Of a stretch of DNA of 64,000 nt, positions 57,093 to 64,000 are shown one piece after another (positions within the stretch are counted from its first letter, which is position 1; each line of letters starts with the position of its first letter). A program made the position numbers and the translations under genes. Source of the DNA: Bacteroidia bacterium. GTDB taxonomy: Bacteria > Bacteroidota > Bacteroidia > UKL13-3. The notes below the pieces were generated by a model, which did not search any database, was not told the origin of the DNA, and was given only the letters and a program-made list of their open reading frames with translations. The stretch covers positions 102,144 to 166,143 of the forward strand of contig JACMQU010000117.1 of NCBI GenBank assembly GCA_014376805.1, given 5' to 3'.

Positions 57093-57971
57093 TTACTCTT
57101 CGTAACCAAATTCTTTTAAGGTTTTACTGCTATCGCGCCAGTCTTCTTTAACCTTAACAAATGTTTTAAGAAAGATTTTTTTTCTGAAAAATAATTCAAG
57201 ATCCCTGCGTGCTGCTATACCTACATTTTTTAAAGCGCTGCCACCTTTACCAATTAAAATCTGCTTTTGCGAATCGCGTAAAACATAGATGAGCGCATGA
57301 ATATGTATGATGTCTTTTTCTTCTTTAAAAAATTCAATTTCTATCTGAACCGAATACGGAATTTCTTCTTTGTAGCGCACCATGATCTTTTCGCGAATGA
57401 TCTCTGAGGCAATGAAACGTTCGCTCTTATCAGTAATCTGATCGGTATCATAATAGGGTTGTCCTTCCGGTAAATAAGTGAGCAGGGTTTGAATCAACAC
57501 ATCTATGTTAAATTTATTCAGTGCTGATATTGGAATAATTTCTTTAAAGAGTTTCTTCTCTTTCCAGAAATCTACTTTAGCCCCAACAAGTTCCTGGTTG
57601 GTTTCATCAATTTTGTTAAGAATACAAAGCATGGGCGATTTGATGGCCTGCAGTTTTTCTAACAGTTCAGGTTCTTCATTAGAAATATTAAAGTCGGTCA
57701 TAAACACAACAAGGTCACAATCAACAAGACTTTCGTTTACAAACTTCATCATACTGCCTTGCAGTTTGTATTTAGGATTGATGATGCCGGGAGTATCGGA
57801 AAATACAATCTGAAAACCTGGGCGGTTTAAAATACCTTTAATGCGATGTCGGGTAGTTTGGGCTTTTTGCGAGATGATCGAAAGTTTCTCTCCCAATAAG
57901 GCGTTCAGTAAAGTTGATTTACCTACATTAGGCTTACCGATAATTGAAACGAATCCGGATTTAAATGACAT
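57093..57971 (-). CDS. era: GTPase Era
   Basis: G1 is GKPNVGKSTLLN, G3 is DTPG and G4 is NKID. A C-terminal KH domain is present (LIGKGGSALK). The start is set at the internal ATG (MSFKSGFVSIIG). Confidence 0.92.
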   Translation of the reverse strand: MSFKSGFVSIIGKPNVGKSTLLNALLGEKLSIISQKAQTTRHRIKGILNRPGFQIVFSDTPGIINPKYKLQGSMMKFVNESLVDCDLVVFMTDFNISNEEPELLEKLQAIKSPMLCILNKIDETNQELVGAKVDFWKEKKLFKEIIPISALNKFNIDVLIQTLLTYLPEGQPYYDTDQITDKSERFIASEIIREKIMVRYKEEIPYSVQIEIEFFKEEKDIIHIHALIYVLRDSQKQILIGKGGSALKNVGIAARRDLELFFRKKIFLKTFVKVKEDWRDSSKTLKEFGYEE

Positions 57972-58113
57972 TTTTAAAAAATTATTTGCACAGCAAAGAA
58001 ACAATAATATATTTGCAGTCCCAAAAACAAGAACAGTTCTTTCAGAATTACAAGATATAAAGCCGGCAAACGCTCAACAAAAGCGCCATACCAAGAGCCG
58101 GCAAAAGATACAT

Positions 58114-58185
<72 letters not shown>

Positions 58186-58193
58186 CTTTTAAA

Positions 58194-58217
58194 AGTCCCG
58201 TTTCGACGGGACTTTTC
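58194..58217 (+). terminator. Rho-independent terminator after initiator tRNA
   Basis: The stem AGTCCCGT-TTCG-ACGGGACT (8 bp) is followed by TTTT. Confidence 0.75.
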
Positions 58218-58377
58218 TATTTAAGCGTTTTTGTTTAAGTCCACTATTCAGAAAAATTTAACGAAATCTTTATTCAATACACAGCTACTTTCATTGCAGA
58301 ATTCTATAAATCGATAAAACGCTGTTATGCCAGAGTAAGCTTATAAAAGACAGGGTGACTGAATAAAACCACAACTC

Positions 58378-60966
58378 TTATAACTGGAGCTTAACTCCAT
58401 ACCTGAAATAGAGTTCCGAAAACCCCGATGCCGGGAACAATTCGCTTGAATAAGTATTTTTACTCAGGCTTAAATCCAAAAGAATTCTTGAAGTTAAAGG
58501 GTATTGACCAAGGTAAAAAAATCCGGTTTTAGTTTCAATGCCTTCGTATTGATAATGGATATACCCAAAGGTATTCGACCATGTTTTAAAGATTCTCAAT
58601 GTACCGTTAATATTTGCGGTAAGCACTGTTTTAGTTTGTGATCCTATTTGTTGATTGGGCGAATAGGTAGCATTTACCTGCATACCCATTACCGCAGAGT
58701 TAATGTTTTGCATAAAGCTGTAAGAGCTTACCAATGCCTGAACAGTTCCACTCAGCTTTTGATACATGTTGCCAAACTGTGTGTGAAGTTGTACTTTTTT
58801 TGAAAGCTTATATTTTAACAACAGCGTTGAACTTATCATCTCTCCGGTATTGGTATAGTTTCCTGTATCTTTAAGCGAACTTACCGATTGGTAATATGGC
58901 GCGTAATTTACCATGAATGTTATTGTCTTTGAGGTGATCCGGATGCTTCCGCCGTAACGTGTATAAAGCGTTTTAAACAAGGTGTTAAATGGCTGAAGTC
59001 CGTTGTTATTTTTTTCGTAGTACCCGGTAACAGTAAGTTTATTTTTGAAGAGTGACTGGCTCACGTTAACCTGTATCGCTTCCCTGTCTTTTAACAGGAA
59101 ATCATTGCCCATTGTATAATACGATTTTTCGACATGACTTAACTTTGCAAGCAAGCTGCTTGTATTTTTATTGAACAACAGGTTTGTAAACGTATTGTAA
59201 GAATAACCTAACCTTGATGATGAATTTAAAAGATTTTTAATTTCCTTATCAAAGGGCGAACGTATTGGAACTTCTGTGCCAACATCAATTGGAAGTTTGA
59301 ATGCATGCTGATCGGTATTGTAAAGTGATCCATTTATTTCTCCCCCGATCAAAATAGATTTTTTAAGCAGCGATAACTGCAGGTCAGTGCCAACAATATA
59401 ATTCTCGCGTGGCGTAAACTTTTTATCGGGCGCTGGAATGGTGGCATCATCCTGATCGATGATCTGTATCCCCGTTAAAAAAAGATGTGTGGCATCTTTT
59501 TTTCCAAGACCAACTTTCACCGCATCGAGCTGCTGATCCAATGTATAAATATTGCGCGAAAAAGTAGATTCGTAAGACTTGAGTGCAGACCTGCCCCTTA
59601 TAAGATTTAAGTAAATGTACCCCGGATTCATTTCAAGTTGAAAACCATCAACCCGGGCACCGTTAAGGGTTTGTTCAGAGAAGTAGGGGTAGGTGCTTCC
59701 AACAGTAAATGTGTTGATTGAACTAAAGATGCGGTTTACCGGGCCCATCATCCCGAATTGCTTAAGACCCGCTTTCAGGTTGAGCGTATTTTGAAGTGAT
59801 GTTGCCAGATCGCCTTTATCAATGCGGTCTATTTTTTGTTTGAGCTCCAGCGCTTTTTTATGTTTTTTTTCCAATGCTTCTATCTGGGCTTTTTTATTTT
59901 TAAGGTCATCATGTTGTTTTTTAAGTGCGAACAATTTGCGCATTTTTTCTCTTTCATTTTTAGGAACTGTAGAACCGGGTTTGTCTATATCTTCCGATGT
60001 TCTTATATTGTATTTCAAATTCAACGCATCCAATTGTTCGAGTTGTGAAATCATTTCCGGGTTAGCAAGTATCTTATCTATATTTTGAGCTTCTTTAATG
60101 CGTGTTTGCAAACTTTCAAGGTCGATCTTACCTCCTGTTTTATTGCTTGCCCTTACTAACGCTTTAGCAGGCTTCTCTTTAAGTTTCGTCTCATAGTCAT
60201 GCAGCTTTTTCAAATCAAATGGATTCTTTGCATTTTTTACCTGTTCAATTTTATCAAGCAATCGCGCTTCAAGGTTTGCACGGTATTGGTATGCATCAAA
60301 CTGAACCGAGAATTGATTGATGGGTTGCCTGTTCGGATTGTTTTCGGTGCTGTACAGGTAACTTGCAGAGATGGGTACTGCCCATAATGTGAGGGTTGGA
60401 TTCAGCATTACACGCGTATAGTCAGCCGGCACTTCTGTATTAAGGCCGCTGAAGTCGCTTAACTGCCCGCTTACTGAAGCAGTACCACCAATCCTGATTT
60501 TGTTTTTTGTTAAGGCCGCCAATCCGCGCTTCACCGTGCGTGTATCTACTCGTGTGCTCCCTGAAAAAAGCAGTTGGTTGGTGCCTGCATCGGTAAGTTT
60601 GAACTTAAGGTTATACATAGCAGGTTTTAATGGAAAAGCTGCGGGATCTGTCTGCTCATTACTAATGGGCAGGCATGCTTCACGGTTAAATATACGACTG
60701 CCCGGCTGTACTTGTTGAGCCCTGCTGCTGCCTGAATAGAGGAGTTGGTTAACACTGTCAGTAAGCTCTAAACTAATTTGTACCTGTTGAATGGTGCTTC
60801 CAAGATTGCTTATTTTTAATAACCATAGTTGCTCAACGTTTTTGGTAAAACGCGGGTCGTCTTTGAGCTCGATGTGGAGTTGGGCGAAACATTGGCAGAA
60901 ACTTAACACATACAAAAATGTGAGAAATATTTTGATTATTTTAAAAGTGGCTTGACGAGATCCCAT
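58378..60966 (-). CDS. Secreted 862-aa protein: Ig-like N-domain, beta-rich body interrupted by a ~150-aa Lys/Glu-rich coiled coil (putative outer-membrane protein)
   Basis: The signal peptide is ...FLTFLYVLSFCQCFAQ. The coiled coil reads KEKPAKALV...KKAQIEALEKKHKKALELKQKIDRI. The C-terminal half has a long alternating-strand pattern and ends in YFRYGVKLQL. Its ATG lies 3 nt after the RHS stop. Confidence 0.6.
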   Translation of the reverse strand: MGSRQATFKIIKIFLTFLYVLSFCQCFAQLHIELKDDPRFTKNVEQLWLLKISNLGSTIQQVQISLELTDSVNQLLYSGSSRAQQVQPGSRIFNREACLPISNEQTDPAAFPLKPAMYNLKFKLTDAGTNQLLFSGSTRVDTRTVKRGLAALTKNKIRIGGTASVSGQLSDFSGLNTEVPADYTRVMLNPTLTLWAVPISASYLYSTENNPNRQPINQFSVQFDAYQYRANLEARLLDKIEQVKNAKNPFDLKKLHDYETKLKEKPAKALVRASNKTGGKIDLESLQTRIKEAQNIDKILANPEMISQLEQLDALNLKYNIRTSEDIDKPGSTVPKNEREKMRKLFALKKQHDDLKNKKAQIEALEKKHKKALELKQKIDRIDKGDLATSLQNTLNLKAGLKQFGMMGPVNRIFSSINTFTVGSTYPYFSEQTLNGARVDGFQLEMNPGYIYLNLIRGRSALKSYESTFSRNIYTLDQQLDAVKVGLGKKDATHLFLTGIQIIDQDDATIPAPDKKFTPRENYIVGTDLQLSLLKKSILIGGEINGSLYNTDQHAFKLPIDVGTEVPIRSPFDKEIKNLLNSSSRLGYSYNTFTNLLFNKNTSSLLAKLSHVEKSYYTMGNDFLLKDREAIQVNVSQSLFKNKLTVTGYYEKNNNGLQPFNTLFKTLYTRYGGSIRITSKTITFMVNYAPYYQSVSSLKDTGNYTNTGEMISSTLLLKYKLSKKVQLHTQFGNMYQKLSGTVQALVSSYSFMQNINSAVMGMQVNATYSPNQQIGSQTKTVLTANINGTLRIFKTWSNTFGYIHYQYEGIETKTGFFYLGQYPLTSRILLDLSLSKNTYSSELFPASGFSELYFRYGVKLQL

Positions 60967-60969
60967 CTG

Positions 60970-63900
60970 TCATTTTTTAGGGGTTGCAGGTTTTTCAATT
61001 ACCTCTAATATTTTATTTTCTACCTTATCTAATTCTTCGCCAAAAAGCACTTTTCCAACCTCTTGGGAAAAGGCATTATAATCAGTTTTTGGGATTACTG
61101 CATTCACCTTGTCCAACACTTTGTCAACCCCGACCCCAATCAACTTAGTTCCAGCCCTGGTCGCAGTATTTAGTGCGGCTGTTTTCCAATCTTTATACTT
61201 AAAATCCAGAATGCTTTTCATTCCAATTGACATGACACCAAGCGCCGCCCCTACAGGAGCACCAACCCCTGTTGCTTCAAACCCTTTGCCAAGATTGTCG
61301 AGCATATCGGCGGATTCAGCCATGCCTTTTTCACCCTCTAGTTGATGCATATTTTTGGGATTTCCCCTTATGAATGCATCAATTTTATACCCTATAGGAA
61401 CTTCCATTTTCACTTCAACTTTTGGAGGCGCGGCCATATGGATTTCCTTATAAACCATCTTGTCGGTTTCAGGAAAATAAATTCCTACTTTGATCCCATG
61501 CCAACCATTATAATCAACAGAAGAAACATTAACAGATTGTAACATTGGCTTGCCATTTTCTACTCTATATAAATAGGTTATGTGTTCCAAGCCATTTAAA
61601 TCGATCCCGTCAACAGGCCTATTGGAAGCAAAGTGGTAGGCAGTTAAGGCCGGATGTTTTTTGATTGCCGGATCAACACTTAGGAATCGGCCAAGTCGCG
61701 GATCATAAATGCGCATGCCATAGTCCTGTTGGTTTCCATTTCCTTTTATATCGTTGTCATTCTCTTTTCCGTTGAACCCAAATTGATAATTACCACTACT
61801 AAAACTTCTTCCGGGCATCATTGAACCAAACGGATAATAATCCGTGGCTGTCCATAAATCTGCATTGTAAAATTGCACCTGTCCTGTGTTGTTCGGATCT
61901 TGTGCCAACTTACGATCACTTACAGTTGCCAGTACATTTCCCAGGTGGTTGCTCAACTCATAATATCTTAGTCCGCGTGTTCGGTTACTATTCCAACGGG
62001 TGCTGTGCAGGTTTTTTATTGAATCAAGTTGGGCCATACTTAAGTCTATGCGTTGTTCGCCAAGTCTTGCTGAGCCATAGATAAAAAAACTCTGCAAACG
62101 GATAACAGCGGTATTAGATGGATTTGTATTTGTTTGATAAGTAGCCAATACATTATCACTTGCATCCTTCACATAGAATGTAAATGTTGTTTGATTGGTG
62201 GTGGGATCAACATACTCTTTTATGATGCGTGAACCTGTTGGACCATAAGTATATTTAGTGATAGCCGAACCTTTTGTAATGTCTTTAATCTTACCGTATA
62301 CACTCCAACTTATTGCGAGGTTCTCGGCATTGTCCGCCACCAGGTTTCCTACTTTGTCATACTTGTAATTGCCAGTGCTTTGTGCATCAATATCTGTGGT
62401 GTAGTTAGTTGTTGCAACCGCATCGTACACATGGTTAAGCCGGTTGCTCCCCGTGTAATAATTGTATGAGAGGTCATCCATTTGAAGTTGCGCCGGTGCT
62501 GCACCATTGCTCTTTAACGTGAGTAAATTGCCGTTTGCATCATAGCTATAAATACATCCATAATTGGTAGTACCGGTTGAAGCGGCAAAGCTGTTGGTAG
62601 TTATATCGGGCGGTGTAAATGCCTGCATGGTCGTAATGCGGTTCAACTGGTCGTAGGTATATCCTGTTGTCATCACACCCATTGGCACATGGCTGTTTTT
62701 TGGTGAGCCTATAGCCGTAATCATACTTTGAATATTGCCGTTATACAAATCTTTGTTCTGCCTGTGAAACGGTGTAGCTATGTAGGTAGGTTCCCATATA
62801 ATTCCTGTGGCTATAGTTTTATAATCGCCCGTAAAATACCGCAACATATAACCTGTGGCATCACGTGCAACTGTTGGGTGTGCACCACCTTGTGCACCAT
62901 CGTTTCCGGGATCATATTTGTAATTCAACGTTGGGCTATTCACCCCTTTTATCCAACCCTGAATGGTATAAACATAATCTTGCCCCTGCACTTTATTTTG
63001 TCCAAGCACTGTGCGCGCAAGTGGCCCATGCTTATTGTATTTGTATATAGCATCGTTGTCCCAAACAAAGCCGTCGCTGCTTGTGTGAACCTGAGTAAGC
63101 CTGTTATCGGCATCATACAAATACCTGTGAATAAACTGATCGGTTTTACCCGGCTGGTAGTTTAATCGGTTAACTTTGCCACTTAATAAATCGTACTCGT
63201 ATTCCATTAGTTTGGCAGGTAATTTTACAAGGTCCTGCACAAGCACTTTTACATTGCCATGCACATCGTATCGGTAATGGGAAGCATTGATATAGGTAGC
63301 TGTATTGGTTTCAAAATACATCGAGGATGCAACTCTTCCCCTGAAGTTACTTGCATCGCCACCAAAGTAATTTGTTACGATACTTGTAAAGGGTATATCA
63401 TACCGGGTTTTTGTTATTTGTGTTTTGGTTGAACCATTAACCCATCCTGCAAATTGAACCGGGTTGCGACCCTGTGCATAGCTAAGTGTAAATGGTACAC
63501 TATTGAGCTCTCCCACTTCATAAATTCGCCCCACCGCATCGTATAAAGTATAACTATATTTATTTTGTGATTGTTGTTGCGCATTCTGAGAAGCTACCAT
63601 TCTTCCTAAATAATCATAAAAGAAAATACCTTTTCCATCATGATCAGGTTGTGATTGTTCACGTAACTGGTCAAGGCTATTGTACCAGAACTGGCTAAGC
63701 ATACTATGGGGCGCGTAAAACATAGAATTATAGTTGTTAAGCATATTGGTTTTTGCAAGCGCTACCTGGCTTACGGTTAGCAGCGTTACTCCATTAGGCG
63801 GAACTGTTTTAACCAGGTTACCAGCCTGATTATAGTAATACAAAGTAAAATGATGCATCGCCTCCTTGTAGCCCGCGGTAAAGGTTTCGGTGGCCAGCAG

Positions 63901-64000
63901 GCAATGTTCAATATATAAGCTCTTCATCGAAATTTTTATCGAATCGAGTATTTGCTGGTAGGCATTTTGCGCATTAACATAGGCTGCCTGCACCTGTTGT
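60970..64000 (-). CDS. RHS/YD-repeat polymorphic toxin (N-terminus outside the window) with an unassigned C-terminal domain
   Basis: Many YD repeats are present, e.g. YTLYDAVGRIYEV, YEYDLLSGKVNRLNY, YSYDANGNLLTL and YKYDKVGNLV. The RHS core-end motif is YGMRIYDPRLGRFLSVDP...NRPVDGIDLNGLE. A 204-aa tail follows. The ORF is open to the window edge. Confidence 0.88.
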   Translation of the reverse strand, partial: QQVQAAYVNAQNAYQQILDSIKISMKSLYIEHCLLATETFTAGYKEAMHHFTLYYYNQAGNLVKTVPPNGVTLLTVSQVALAKTNMLNNYNSMFYAPHSMLSQFWYNSLDQLREQSQPDHDGKGIFFYDYLGRMVASQNAQQQSQNKYSYTLYDAVGRIYEVGELNSVPFTLSYAQGRNPVQFAGWVNGSTKTQITKTRYDIPFTSIVTNYFGGDASNFRGRVASSMYFETNTATYINASHYRYDVHGNVKVLVQDLVKLPAKLMEYEYDLLSGKVNRLNYQPGKTDQFIHRYLYDADNRLTQVHTSSDGFVWDNDAIYKYNKHGPLARTVLGQNKVQGQDYVYTIQGWIKGVNSPTLNYKYDPGNDGAQGGAHPTVARDATGYMLRYFTGDYKTIATGIIWEPTYIATPFHRQNKDLYNGNIQSMITAIGSPKNSHVPMGVMTTGYTYDQLNRITTMQAFTPPDITTNSFAASTGTTNYGCIYSYDANGNLLTLKSNGAAPAQLQMDDLSYNYYTGSNRLNHVYDAVATTNYTTDIDAQSTGNYKYDKVGNLVADNAENLAISWSVYGKIKDITKGSAITKYTYGPTGSRIIKEYVDPTTNQTTFTFYVKDASDNVLATYQTNTNPSNTAVIRLQSFFIYGSARLGEQRIDLSMAQLDSIKNLHSTRWNSNRTRGLRYYELSNHLGNVLATVSDRKLAQDPNNTGQVQFYNADLWTATDYYPFGSMMPGRSFSSGNYQFGFNGKENDNDIKGNGNQQDYGMRIYDPRLGRFLSVDPAIKKHPALTAYHFASNRPVDGIDLNGLEHITYLYRVENGKPMLQSVNVSSVDYNGWHGIKVGIYFPETDKMVYKEIHMAAPPKVEVKMEVPIGYKIDAFIRGNPKNMHQLEGEKGMAESADMLDNLGKGFEATGVGAPVGAALGVMSIGMKSILDFKYKDWKTAALNTATRAGTKLIGVGVDKVLDKVNAVIPKTDYNAFSQEVGKVLFGEELDKVENKILEVIEKPATPKK

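Overview
This is a 64-kb window from a low-GC Bacteroidota chromosome. The lineage call (Chitinophagia/Sphingobacteriia-like) rests on three things: T9SS C-terminal sorting domains, TAnnTTTG-type -7 promoter boxes, and gene content.

The conserved backbone has four parts:
- The end of the dcw cluster, ftsW'-murG-murC-ftsQ-ftsA-ftsZ (1-6.8 kb).
- recF, pdhA, ribH, purN and purH (38.5-47 kb).
- The complete rod-shape operon mreB-mreC-mreD-mrdA-rodA (47.9-53.4 kb).
- aat, miaE, era and three tRNAs (Ser-GCU, Pro-UGG, initiator Met).

Accessory or unusual blocks lie between these:
1. A response regulator/TPR histidine kinase pair sits divergent from an overlapping UbiA prenyltransferase + type III PKS cassette.
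2. An 867-aa protein carries two CbxX/SpoVK-type AAA+ modules behind a duplicated N-terminal domain.
3. A GATC-rich degenerate tandem repeat lies between tRNA-Ser and tRNA-Pro.
4. A roughly 3-kb gene-decay island follows tRNA-Pro. It holds an SRAP fragment, a NUMOD4/HNH endonuclease, a C5-methyltransferase fragment and an orphan overlapping mini-operon.
5. A 1123-aa T9SS cargo protein is built from 8 CHRD domains, as a tandem duplication of a 4-domain unit.
6. A LexA-like (XRE-S24) repressor is divergent from a dinB-type polymerase and dnaE2, with a palindrome over the repressor promoter.
7. A same-strand island encodes a Fic protein, a 1165-aa Mrr-like/SF2 helicase with 9 helicase-associated (HA) repeats, and a 98-aa orphan. 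This is my best candidate for an undescribed conflict system.
8. A PIN toxin-antitoxin pair.
9. A RAYT/IS200-like Y1 transposase homologue has a 54-nt near-perfect palindrome embedded in frame in its own CDS.
10. An RHS/YD-repeat toxin runs off the 3' end of the window. It has an unrecognised glycine-zipper C-terminal domain and is tightly coupled to an 862-aa secreted coiled-coil/beta-barrel-like protein.

All functional calls come from motif recognition in the supplied translations and manual reading of the DNA. No database search, structure prediction or statistics could be run.
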